Virus record (IMG/VR): IMGVR_UViG_3300045988_135716
Span: 117,096 to 181,095 of that record
From: a virus
DNA length: 64,000 bases
Reading direction: 5' to 3' (one strand)
The notes below the pieces were generated by a model. That model worked only from the letters and a program-made list of their open reading frames with translations. It searched no databases and had not been told where the DNA came from. A program made the position numbers and the translations under genes. Positions 49,201 through 59,638 of this stretch are shown here, in pieces (positions within the stretch are counted from its first letter, which is position 1; each line of letters starts with the position of its first letter).

Positions 49201-52200
49201 ACGCTGAATAGCAGAGTATAAAGCATTGGTTTCTGGCGTACCATTGACGTTTGCCGTTACATCAACAGATTTATTATGTAATTTATTAAGAGCTGCGTCT
49301 AATGCTGTAATTTGTGGCAATCCATTTACAGTTGCCGTAACCGTAACATCTTTGTTCTTATTAGTAATAGCTTCAAATTGGCTATCCTCTAATTTAACAG
49401 TAAGAGGTACTGTTATTTCACCATTCTGAATGGATTGCAATTCTGCTCTAGCTGCATCAACTTGAGAAGTATCAATGTTAAGAGTAGTAGATAAATCCTC
49501 ATCAGTCATGTTAAGAAGAGAACTAATATCTGCTCCTTGTGCTAATGTAGCATTCACCTTAACCTCAACATCTTTATCTTGCAAATAGGAAAGTGCTTCT
49601 TGATAACCAGAATCATCTAACTCAAATTTTGCTCTGAATGTAGCTTCATCATTCTGAGCCATATCCAATAACTCTGATGGAGTTTGTCCATCAGTATCAA
49701 GAGCAACTTTAATCTTATAGTCTGTCTCCGTCTTAGAGATTAAATCATCTAATTCCGCAGATGCTTCTGGATTTACTTCTGCATCAATTTCCGCTTTCAA
49801 CCCATTTAACTCATCAATCTTAGATTTTAATTCATCTGCCGACATATCAGCAGTATCAAAGTCTAATTCAATATCAGAGCTAATATCACCAGAAGACTGT
49901 AAATCTTTAAGAGATTGTACCTTTTCAGAAGTTGTATCAGCAGTTTCGCCTGCTTTTTCAATATCTGAATCATCTACCTCTGGTTTGATAACACCCATTG
50001 CTTCAAGAACTTGACCTAATTGGGATGCTTCATCTTCGCTAAGTCCAAGAGATTGACAAATTGTATCTAACGCTTGTTCCGCAGGTTTTAATTCATCACT
50101 GTCATAAGCACCATCAAATAGGTCGATGCCTTTAACCTGATCAGAAGTAAATCCTTTCAATGTTTCCATTGCGTCAGAAACTTCTTCCTGCCCTTTTTGA
50201 ATTTTTGATACAGTACTATCAAATACTTCTTCTGTAGCAGAATCATCAAACTCAGGTTTAACAGGATTATCAATAGTTGCATTTTTCAACGCTTCTTGAT
50301 ATGCAACAGCAGCTTGCGCAGCTTTTTGACGCATATCATCTAAATCAAATCCATATGTATCAGCATACCCTTGCATTTGTTGGTCAAGATAATTTGCAAC
50401 ACCCATAGCGTTATCTTCACCACCAAATTTCTCAGGATTAGCAAGAACTTCTTTCTTGTAATCATCCATTAATTTAATGGCTTCTTTTGCCGTTTGTTGT
50501 TGCTTATTATACTCATCCGCTTGATGTTCAATATAATATTGCATATTATCAGATAAATCTTCAATATCTTGACTATATGCTTTTACTTCATCTCTTTGTG
50601 CTTGAATCCTAACATCACTATATTCTGATGGATTTTCTTCCATCTCTTTTAGTTTTGCTTTGGAATCTGCCAATTTCGTATAAGCATCACCAAGTTTTAA
50701 TACACCGTCTTGAACATCATCAACGGTATTATCATGAAGTCCGTAGTCTTGCATTTTCCCAAATGCTGCACTAGCAACATCTGTACCAGTAGCGAGAGCT
50801 TCGGCTGCTTCGGCTGCATTATGAGCCTTAATTGTCCACTCGCCAGTTTGCTGATTAAATTCTGCTAAATCATGTGATTTAAGGTCATTAAGGAAGTTCT
50901 TAACACCCTCATCACCTTCTTTCAAATATCTATTTGCTTTAGCGTAGTTCTCAGCAAAATCCGCAGGATCAGTAGCACCAGTAGGAGAAATCATGGCAGC
51001 AAAAGACTTAAATGAATCTGTACCTGTCAATCCATCTTGAAAATCTTTATATGCTTGTTCAAGTCCACTAACAATATTATTGTATGGTGTACCTGCTGTC
51101 TCTTTGGAACTATTCAGTACCCATTGATTATAGTCGGAAAACATATCCTTCATTTGCTGATATTGAGCATTATACTGAGATTGTGCCTGTTCAATACCTG
51201 CTATATCAGACAAGATTTGTTTCTGCTTATCTCTAGCTGAATTTTTCTCATCTTCTGATTTTGTAACATCATCAATGATTTTTTGCTGTTCTTGATAAGC
51301 TTCATTTTGAAGCCTGATGGACTTAGCAAAATCTTCAACTTTCATATCACGCTGTTTCTTGATAAGAGTTTTTACAGCGTCAGAGTTCATTGTCACGCCT
51401 TCTGCTGTATCTCTAAAAATACCATCAAGACTTGCATCTTTGAATGCATCATTCTCACTAACTAACGATGAAAGCGCAGTTTTAACCGCTGTTATGGAAT
51501 CTGCTGTCATTCCTGTGTTTGACATAGATTCTGACATTGCAGTTGAGAGAGAGGAGTATGCAGTAGTAGTATCGGTTACTACTTGTTTCATATTCTCAAG
51601 AGTGAGACGAGATGTGTCTTGGACATTTTGAATCTGAGCAACCATTTGTTCAAATGATTGTCCATCATATTGTGTATCGGACAGCATTGTACCAAGAGTT
51701 TCTAAATCCGCAATACTTAAATCTCTTGATTTAATACCTGTTGTATCGTTCCATCTTTCGGCAACTTTTGTTTGAATATCATGAAGATTTTGCCATTGAT
51801 CTGCAATACCAGATGCTTGCCGCATTTGTTCACGTGAAAAACTTTTACTTTTTTCACTAGCTTTATCAAGAGTTTCATCTGCTTCTTTTTGCCACGAATC
51901 AAATGATTGTTTAGAACTATCATCATTTATTGTAAATACATCATTTAATGCATCTTGAATGTCTTTATTTTGCAGTTCTTTTACAGCGGATTGACTCCAA
52001 GATTTTAATTTACTAATTGCTTTATCACCAGTAAACCCATTTTTCTCTAAATCTTCATATGAAAAAGAATTTATTAATGATGTAAGTTCACTGTCTATAC
52101 TTGGAACATCATCTAATAAATTTTGATAAGCTCGTTGTTCTTGAAAGAATGCAGGAATATAACTTTTTAATTCATCAGCAGAGTTTTCGCGTTGATTTCT

Positions 52201-53304
52201 TAAAGATTCTTGTGATCCAATAATAGTATTAAGGAAATCATTAGTATCGCTATTAGCTTTAAGTTTCCCTTGTGAGTCGTTTAATTCATTTATTAATTTA
52301 CCGAAGTCTTTTACACTAACTCCTGCATTATCAAGTGCGTCTACGAAATTACCATCATCTAACCATTGGTTTAAATCTAAAAATTTGTTACCACCTTTGC
52401 TTTTAAAAGCGTTTTCATATGCAGATTGGAATTTTTCCAATGATTGTAGCTGTTGGTCTGTACCTGCTTCCTCCCAAAACCAATTTTTATCTTGGTTAAC
52501 TTCCGCATTTAATTTGTCGATTACATCTTTAGCATTTTTAACACTTTCAGTATATTGATTGACTTTTTGTGTTTTAAGAGTAGCTTTTAATGTATCAACA
52601 TCTGTTGCAGCTTTAATAATCGGTTTTCCTAGTGAATCATATCCTGATACCAATTCTGGAAATTGTGTTGCAATCTGAGATGCCAATTCTTGATATTCAG
52701 CATATTCTTCATTTGTTAATCCAAGATTTGTTCCTAAAGAACTCACGCCTTTTGAAAGAGTAGTATATTTTTCGCCATTTGTTTCAATCCAGGAAGAGGA
52801 TTGAGCCATCTGCTCATTTATATCTTTATAATTCTGGATTACTTCATCGCCAGATTCAATTGCACGTTCTTGTTTATTAGATACATAGTCAAATGCTGTG
52901 GCAATACCTTGAATTGCGGCAGAAACAGCAAGATTAGCCCCAATGTTAATTGCTGATGCCTTAAATACTGAACCAACATCTTTTAATCCAGTTTTAAACG
53001 CATCCCATTTGCTTGTAACAACAGGAACTGTTCCACCTTGGCGTTGAATTGCCGCCGTTAAATTTTCAGTACTTGAAAGTGCTGCCTTATCAACATTATT
53101 CTTTTGATCTAATTCGTGAATATAATTACCAATATAAGCACCATATGTTCTTTTAAAATCATTTGATGCATTTGCATCTCTCAGAACAGCATCAACATTA
53201 GGAGCATTTCCTGCTCTGTATTGAGAAGCCATCAAACCCGACACTGTTTTAAGCGTATTATTCGTTGCAATTTTATTTTGCATATTAGCAATTGATTGAG
53301 CTAC
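46256..53304 (-). CDS. tail tape-measure protein, exon 4 (main coiled-coil body)
   Basis: 2349-aa ORF rich in coiled-coil sequence and Ala/Gln/Lys repeats. There is no SD before its ATG (53283), and the frame opens at 53304. Confidence 0.75.
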
Positions 53305-53336
53305 CTACGATTTTTATATACTTGGGATGTATATTG

Positions 53337-53345
53337 TGCTATAAT
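53337..53345 (+). promoter_or_regulatory. extended -10 promoter (TGcTATAAT) for the plus-strand cargo genes
   Basis: TGCTATAAT at 53337-53345, about 40 nt upstream of ATG 53387. No good -35 element is present. Confidence 0.45.
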
Positions 53346-53386
53346 GCATAAATGAAATTACTATAAACAAAGTGAGAGATAGTTGT

Positions 53387-53728
53387 ATGGGAGTTATAAT
53401 ATTTTTAATTATTTTATTCGTATTGAAATTACTAGCGGATGGATCATTGGATTTTATTTATCCTATTATAATGGGTATATTAGCCATTATTTGTCCAATA
53501 GTGAGTTGTATATTACTTTATGATGGTGGACGTGAAATATTATTATCGTGCGCATTCCTGATTTTGATTACAATAGCAGAATTTATAACAGTAATATTTT
53601 TATCATCTAAATTTATTCTTACATCGAATGCTAAAAAGAATAGAAGAGTAATTGGATATATTCTAATTATTACCTCTGTATTGTGTATTTTACTAATTAT
53701 GATTCGTTGTTTAATGATACTATTATAA
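53387..53728 (+). CDS. small 4-TM membrane protein
   Basis: 113 aa from ATG 53387 (the listed ORF starts at GTG 53372). It has four hydrophobic segments. Confidence 0.55.
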   Translation: MGVIIFLIILFVLKLLADGSLDFIYPIIMGILAIICPIVSCILLYDGGREILLSCAFLILITIAEFITVIFLSSKFILTSNAKKNRRVIGYILIITSVLCILLIMIRCLMILL

Positions 53729-53745
53729 ACGAAGGAGATTTACAT

Positions 53746-54597
53746 ATGATACCAGAATATATACAAAACATTATTTTAAGATATGACAAAGAGGTTTGCA
53801 ATGAAATATCTGCCATAAATCTTGCTATTGAAAGAATAAAAGATTCTCTCAAAGTAATAAATGAAGTTATCTCGTCAGATTTATTTTCATATATGAAAAG
53901 CGATAAAATTTTTGATAAGGAAAAAGAAAATCAATTACTACAAGATGCTCAAACTTTAAGAGAATTTATATCTTCAATTGATAATATTCATGAGTCTAAA
54001 GTAGTTAAAAAATCTCAGATGATAACTTTCCATAAAAACTTATCTATACAAGACATCATCGTGTTAAAAACTACTCAAAAATGTAAACATGAAAGCCATG
54101 AGATGCAAGATGTAATAGCTAAAATTCCTGTTTTATATGATACGTGTGATGTTCAATGCTTAGATGTTCAATTGGCATATTGTAAAACATGTGGTAAATA
54201 TTATATGTTGAAATCTGATTTTGACATGATTAGTGGAATAATATTATGCCAAGTTGTCGATCAAACAACTAACAGCACAAATAGCCAGGATGATAATTTT
54301 ATAGCATTACAAAAACAATCTGTTCTTTATCGGTGCGGATATACAGTAAGCAGTCAAAGAAAATTATCAGCAGAAGCTAGACGTATTATTCTTTGCTCAG
54401 TAATTGAATCTCGTTTAATGACAAAATTGGAAATTAAAGATCACCTTAATATGCTTATTGAACGTGGAAGTAAAATTCCATCGTGGGAGAACGCAGTTGT
54501 AAAATGGAAGTTTGATAAAAAATTTATAAATGATTATCAACAAGAAAATGTTCCGCAAATTGTATACGAAAAGATTGTATTAAAATATAAAAAATAA
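53746..54597 (+). CDS. hypothetical protein with helical N-terminus, Cys-cluster (Zn-ribbon-like) centre and conserved-looking C-terminal domain
   Basis: ATG 53746 lies 8 nt after AAGGAG. Contains KCKHESHE..CDVQC..YCKTCGKYY. The C-terminus is LYRCGYTVSS..LSAEARRIIL..W..AVVKWKFDKKFI. Confidence 0.55.
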   Translation: MIPEYIQNIILRYDKEVCNEISAINLAIERIKDSLKVINEVISSDLFSYMKSDKIFDKEKENQLLQDAQTLREFISSIDNIHESKVVKKSQMITFHKNLSIQDIIVLKTTQKCKHESHEMQDVIAKIPVLYDTCDVQCLDVQLAYCKTCGKYYMLKSDFDMISGIILCQVVDQTTNSTNSQDDNFIALQKQSVLYRCGYTVSSQRKLSAEARRIILCSVIESRLMTKLEIKDHLNMLIERGSKIPSWENAVVKWKFDKKFINDYQQENVPQIVYEKIVLKYKK

Positions 54598-54652
54598 AAA
54601 TTGTGGTTATAAATAGGAACATTATTTGTAGGTGTTTGTTAGGCAATAAAAG

Positions 54653-54679
54653 TGGTGACTAAGTTTAACTTAGTCACCA
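54653..54679 (+). terminator. stem-loop terminator after the plus-strand cargo genes
   Basis: 11-bp stem TGGTGACTAAG / CTTAGTCACCA with a 5-nt loop. Confidence 0.5.
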
Positions 54680-54771
54680 TAAATTATGTTTATATATTGT
54701 CGTTGTAAGTCTTCGAGCCTAGAAGATTATATAAAATGAAAGAGCCTAGCCAAATCTACTAGACTCTTTCG

Positions 54772-54855
54772 CAATTAAGTTTTGTTGCCAATTAGGTTTT
54801 ACTTCCAATTATCTTTAAAGCTCAATTAAGTTTTAAATCAATTATCTGTAATTGA
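54772..54855. repeat. five tandem ~17-bp iteron-like repeats (CAATTAnnTTT..)
   Basis: Unit starts are at 54772, 54789, 54806, 54823 and 54839, giving spacings of 17, 17, 17 and 16. Confidence 0.6.
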
Positions 54856-55569
54856 TACTATATCATATCACAATATGATTGTCAACTATTAATTATAAAA
54901 TTCTTTTCATTTTCCCTTTTGATGATATTTTCATCTTCCATTTTGGAAATTATATCTTGAATAAATTGCTTTGGTAAAAATAATTTTTCACATAATCCAT
55001 CTCTAAGCCAATTATATCCAAGTTGTTTTCCATTATTTTTCGGATCATTATGCCAGTCAATAATAAATTGTTTGACCGAATTATACCAGTATTCAAGGTT
55101 TAACCTTTCTGAATCTATTTTAAATAATTTGATTAAATCACAAGAAAAGTCACAATATGAATTAAAATGAGTGGTTTGTGACACATTTGAACTTGTATAA
55201 TATAAATGAATTTTTTTACCTTTATATTTTAATCTACTCATAACTGGTATCATATCACTATCAGAAGTCACAATAACATATGTATCTATATTAGATTCTC
55301 TATGAGTCATTTCAATAGCATCCATACTTAATTCAATATCTGATGCATTTTTCCTATATTTATCATCTTTATTATTTCCATAAACATTTCTAATCTGTAC
55401 ACGTTGTTCCTGTAAATTCCTTAAACTTACATCTACTTGTTCAAAATCTGCATATGCTCTAAAAGTTCTTATTCTATCTTTCCCGTACATTATATTTATA
55501 AATTTACAAAAGTTATATTCATCACTAGAAACATTTATACCATATTTTTTCATACTATGATATAAATTA

Positions 55570-56681
55570 ACTTGTTGTGCTAGATAAAATAAAATATAAA
55601 GAAACTTCAACAAAATATGCTATCCTTTTTGTAGGGAATACAACGAAAGGAGGCATCATTATGTTGAAGTTCCAAGATAATAATACCACTGTTATTGCAA
55701 CTTTTGAAGACTTTATTTTAACTGCTTACGTTATTATTGACGAATTGTATCATCAGTTTGCACCTCCAGAAGTTACCAGACGACGGCATATCCTGAATGC
55801 AAAATTATCTGACTCAGAAATCATTACTATCAGTCTCTGCGGAGAATTGGCAGGCGTTGATTCTGAGAATGCATGGTTTTCTTTTGTGAAACGAAACTAC
55901 AGGCATCTTTTTCCGCAGCTTTGCAGCAGAAGTCGTTTTAACAGAACGAGACGCGCCCTGATGCAGACAACAGAATTGTTACGACAAAAAATGATTTCCG
56001 TATTCCCAATTCCAGTCAGTTCCTATTACATCGTCGATAGTTTTCCACTTGCAGTCTGTAAATTTGGACGTGCACGATATTGTAAAGCATTTCGTGGCCA
56101 TGGTGCTGATTATGGAAAATGTCCTTCCAAAAAAGAAACCTATTATGGATATAAAGTACATGCATTAATTACATTAGAAGGATACATTGCATCATTTGAG
56201 ATCACACCGGCATCTACAGATGATCGTGAAGGATTACGTGATCTGGCAGACCATTGGTCTAATGTTACAATTTTAGCGGATAAAGGCTATGTTGGAAAAA
56301 ACATGAAACAGGAAATGCAGGAAAAAAATATCTGTCTTTTTGCTCTGAAACGTTCCAACAGTAAGGAAAATTGGCCGAAATCCGTACGTCAGTTAATATT
56401 CAAACTGAGAAGGCGGGTAGAAACCGTATTCTCTCAATTGAGTGGTCAGTTAAATGCAGAAAGAGTGTTAGCCAAAAGCTTTCAGGGGTTATGTACCCGT
56501 CTGGTTAATAAAGTACTGGCATACAATCTCTGTATTGCATTGAATAGTATTTTCGGTGAAACCTGTGAACTTGGAAAAATCAAAAAATTGATATTCTAAA
56601 AATTTTATTTTTTAATATCTGTAAGGATTCTTTGCGGTTTTACAGGTTTTCACATAATCTATTTGAAGTAGCACAATAGGT
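55570..56681 (+). mobile_element. IS982-family insertion sequence (1112 bp)
   Basis: Terminal inverted repeats are ACTTGTTGTGCTAG and the reverse complement ACCTATTGTGCTAC. It is flanked by a 7-bp direct repeat TAAATTA (55563-55569 and 56682-56688). Confidence 0.8.
55661..56599 (+). CDS. IS982-family DDE transposase
   Basis: ATG 55661 follows AAAGGAGG. Contains DSFPLAVCKFGRARYCKAFRGHGADYGKCPSKKETYYGYKVHALITLEGYI..TPASTDDRE..ILADKGY. Confidence 0.8.
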   Translation: MLKFQDNNTTVIATFEDFILTAYVIIDELYHQFAPPEVTRRRHILNAKLSDSEIITISLCGELAGVDSENAWFSFVKRNYRHLFPQLCSRSRFNRTRRALMQTTELLRQKMISVFPIPVSSYYIVDSFPLAVCKFGRARYCKAFRGHGADYGKCPSKKETYYGYKVHALITLEGYIASFEITPASTDDREGLRDLADHWSNVTILADKGYVGKNMKQEMQEKNICLFALKRSNSKENWPKSVRQLIFKLRRRVETVFSQLSGQLNAERVLAKSFQGLCTRLVNKVLAYNLCIALNSIFGETCELGKIKKLIF

Positions 56682-57596
56682 TAAATTATCATAATCTACT
56701 AAAATACATACATTTGTACATTTTCTAACTACATCTTTTACTGAATCTAATTCATTGCTATCAAAAATATCCCCATTCATTAAAATATTTCCCTCTTTCG
56801 TATAATTATTTGGTAAAATTTACCATAACACTATTATACGACAGAGTACGACAATCTACAATTCAGAACATATATTCTAAATCTACGATTATGCTAATAA
56901 TCATGTTGATTATGCAATTTAAAAATGTTTCATCATTCATATGATATAATATTTCCTATAATATTAATAGGAGAGTGATATAAGTATGTATGAGAAAATA
57001 TGCAAAATTTTAATTTATATATGTATGATTATTGCGTTACTTTGTTTAATTGGAACGACGTATATTACATACAAATATTAATTTTGGTTGTATCATTAAT
57101 TCTATATTTGCAATATTTATATATGTCGATACAACCATATATAAATAATTCCCAACTGCTGATGGAAGAGTAGTATATAGAAACTATCCCTGAATTTATC
57201 GGGCATCCATCTTCCCTATCGCTAGAGTGCATTTTTATGATTCTATATAGAACCATACTTTCGTTACGCTCGTTGAGGTCGGCATCCATTATAATGAAGC
57301 CCTACCTGCGGATTACTTCGTAGTTTGGATTGTTACTATACCGCATCCTTTCGGATTTGCCACTTATATCTATTAAATATAAGTTTAGTACCAAACTCAT
57401 GTGACATAGCCTTTTGAACTATGAAAGTTTCCCGTTCTGAAATTCAATACAGAAGAGTAGCGCATTACCGCTAACTCCATTTTAGAAAGTCACCAGAGAG
57501 TCCTTGCTTATAAATAAGCTCGTACACATTACTGCTAAACTCTCAAGCGGCATAAGTCATTTTGAAAAATGCATGGGGCGAATCCCATGTACTCTT

Positions 57597-57957
57597 ACCG
57601 CTGTTGTTTTTACCTTGAAAAATACCTAATCCAAGTGCCATAACATTAGGCAAATTAACAAGCTTGCTATCTGATTTTGCAAGTTTTGTCATTACACCTA
57701 AAGCTTTTGTACCAGTATCTACAATACCTTTAAACATATCGGAACTAATTGCACTGGTAGAAAAATCTTGAAATTGTGCCTTCAAATGAGAGAGAGAAGC
57801 TTCAATACCTTTATTCCAAGATTCAAGTTCTCTTTCACCTGATCCATCTGCATCATTTAATGCAGTTTGAAGAGATTTTCGAGCAACGTCAAAATTGGTC
57901 ATGAGGGAGGAAACAATATTACCCTGGCGTTTGCCCGCTATAAGTTCTGTTAAACTT
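57597..57957 (-). CDS. tail tape-measure protein, exon 3
   Basis: Encodes (A)SLTELIAGKRQGNIVSSLMTNFD... The listed ORF 57543..57902 is its read-through form. There is no SD. Confidence 0.65.
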
Positions 57958-58010
57958 CATTATTTCTTTATACGATTCGCAACATCGTATGTGTTATTAA
58001 AATTTTATAA

Positions 58011-59432
58011 TTATATTTCTTTTATAATGTTTAATTCTACAAATTTGTCAAATAAAAAAGAATCAACGTTTTCAAATTCTGTATAAGGAATACGAATCAA
58101 ATTAATTCCATTTTTATTGCAATACTCATTTTTCATTGCATCATGTTTTTGTGTATATTTTAATTTTTCTATAGCATCTTCTTTGGTTTGAGATCCATGT
58201 GAAACAGGATAAAAATGTTGTTCTCCATCATATTCAACAATAGTATTAAAATCTGTTAAATAACAATCAAACGGTAAAACATTTTTATCTTTACAATCAT
58301 CAAATGTCTTACCTCTTTCTATTTTATATCCCCAGGATTCGATTAAAGCACAAACATATTCTTCTTTATATGTTACTCTAGTTTTGCTACAACAATTTAG
58401 TCTAGTCATTACGTTAGCCCATGTTGATTCAAATTCATAATTATGCTCATTACATCTGAATTTAGTTTTAGAAGATGAGTTTATATATTCTCCAATAATA
58501 TCGACTTGTGGATGGACATTATGTAGCAACTCTGTTGCTTTTTCAAATGAATAAGCAAAAACTTCTCTTTTTCTTTCTAATAAGCATTCATCGCAACCAC
58601 TAACTTCATTTTCTTCACGAAGCATTACGGATAAAGTCTTTTTAAATTCTTTTTTATGCTTTTCACAAAACCAAATTGAATTAGAATTATGAATACCTAA
58701 ATATTTTACTACTTTAATATGATCAAATTTTTTATTAATCCTGCTTTGGACTTCTTCATCTGTCATGAAATGTTGTTCACTTAATTTTTCCGCACCACAG
58801 TATTTACATCCTTCACCTTTTAAAATATCTTGCATTGATTTATATGTTTCTTCATTATGTTTTAAGCATAAACATTTCATTGAAGTTGTCATGTTTGTAT
58901 ATGGTTCTAATAATTTTATATTTGGATTAACTTCTTCTTTTTTCTTCATTACATACCATTCTGGGAGTGGCAATCCATTGCAATAAGCGCATCCATCTTT
59001 TGCTTTATTTAAAACAAACCATCTATATTTTGTTTGTATACCAAGTTCTTTATGTTTATCACAAGTATATAAAATCATTAATTTCCCATTAATTCTTTTT
59101 GTGGTAATATAATTTAATCCCATTGATTCGATTTTTTTCTTATCGGACTCATAATCAATTTCAATCTTTCTACTTGATTCGGTTTTCTCACGTCCGCAAT
59201 AATAGCATCCCCTATTATTATAATACAAATGAGCAAAATCAATAGTTTGTTCTCCTTTATCTTCGTGTTTTGGACAAATATATCTTAACTTTGATTTCGT
59301 ATTTACATATTCATTTTCTGATGAAAGTAATTTGTATCCATGTTTTTCAAATTCATTTTTAACAAATTCAAAATCATATTTTGATTTTCCTTTAGTTGGA
59401 GAGATATATTTTATTTTCTTATTCTGACTCAT
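58011..59432 (-). CDS. intron-encoded homing endonuclease: zinc-ribbon repeats + PD-(D/E)XK (Vsr/DUF559-like) C-terminal domain
   Basis: 473 aa, with ATG after AGGTGA. It has four to five Cys-pair repeat modules and the C-terminus LPFDCYL..VEYDGEQHF..D..K..YC..L.RIPY, paralogous to ORF 44675..45760. Confidence 0.65.
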   Translation of the reverse strand: MSQNKKIKYISPTKGKSKYDFEFVKNEFEKHGYKLLSSENEYVNTKSKLRYICPKHEDKGEQTIDFAHLYYNNRGCYYCGREKTESSRKIEIDYESDKKKIESMGLNYITTKRINGKLMILYTCDKHKELGIQTKYRWFVLNKAKDGCAYCNGLPLPEWYVMKKKEEVNPNIKLLEPYTNMTTSMKCLCLKHNEETYKSMQDILKGEGCKYCGAEKLSEQHFMTDEEVQSRINKKFDHIKVVKYLGIHNSNSIWFCEKHKKEFKKTLSVMLREENEVSGCDECLLERKREVFAYSFEKATELLHNVHPQVDIIGEYINSSSKTKFRCNEHNYEFESTWANVMTRLNCCSKTRVTYKEEYVCALIESWGYKIERGKTFDDCKDKNVLPFDCYLTDFNTIVEYDGEQHFYPVSHGSQTKEDAIEKLKYTQKHDAMKNEYCNKNGINLIRIPYTEFENVDSFLFDKFVELNIIKEI

Positions 59433-59464
59433 TTTTTATCACCTATTATTTATCCTTTCTGTAA

Positions 59465-59638
59465 TTATTTCTCCATATAAAAAGACACCAGAGCTTTAAA
59501 TAAGTCTGATGTCTTCGTATATTTATATGTAGTTATTCCATTTATTTCTTTTACAAAAGAGTAGTTAATACCTTTTGATTGAAGATATTTCATTTCTGGT
59601 ACATATTGTGTACTATATTCTTTATCAAATTTTTTCAT
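59465..59638 (-). CDS. small intron-borne ORF (57 aa)
   Basis: ATG 59638 follows AAGGA. The product is MKKFDKEYSTQYVPEMKYLQSKGINYSFVKEINGITTYKYTKTSDLFKALVSFYMEK. It falls below the ORF-track cut-off. Confidence 0.4.
   Translation of the reverse strand: MKKFDKEYSTQYVPEMKYLQSKGINYSFVKEINGITTYKYTKTSDLFKALVSFYMEK

Larger units (their letters stand above)
54882..56789 (-). pseudogene. NYN-domain (LabA-like) RNase gene disrupted by an IS982-family insertion
   Basis: The N-terminal piece is 56682-56789 (MNGD..CILVDYDNL). The C-terminal piece is 54882-55562 (YHSMKKYG..ASDIELSMDAIE..YVIVTSDSDMIPVMSRLK..). Removing the IS and one TSD copy restores a 262-codon frame. Confidence 0.7.
53305..57596 (-). 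other. 4.3-kb intervening sequence in the TMP gene: structured RNA at the 5' end plus cargo cassette (intron class unresolved)
   Basis: A GC-richer, ORF-poor stretch at about 57100-57596 has GNRA hairpins (57345-57356 AUCC-GAAA-GGAU; 57458-57473) and UCAACGA (57267-57278). A candidate P1 has a U.G pair at 57597. The boundaries are predictions. Confidence 0.4.

Noticed and set aside
46499-53283. Many listed 60-110-aa ORFs lie antisense or out of frame within large genes, for example 46499..46747, 51317..51631, 60799..61128, 63054..63404, 33976..34425 and 16920..17264.
   Set aside because: They are embedded in long, well-supported genes on the other strand or frame, lack SDs, and have low-complexity composition.
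54772-54855. The short regularly spaced repeats might be a CRISPR array.
   Set aside because: The units are 17 bp, contiguous and degenerate, with no spacers. There are no cas genes or leader.
54882-55613. The N-terminal 17 residues of listed ORF 54882..55613, and the GTG 55577 start of the transposase ORF.
   Set aside because: Both are read-through across the IS982 end. The true gene pieces end at the target-site duplication, and the transposase starts at ATG 55661 after AAAGGAGG.
57065-57289. Listed 74-aa minus-strand ORF.
   Set aside because: It lies inside the structured, GC-richer RNA-like region, has no SD, and has an odd composition. It is probably a chance frame.
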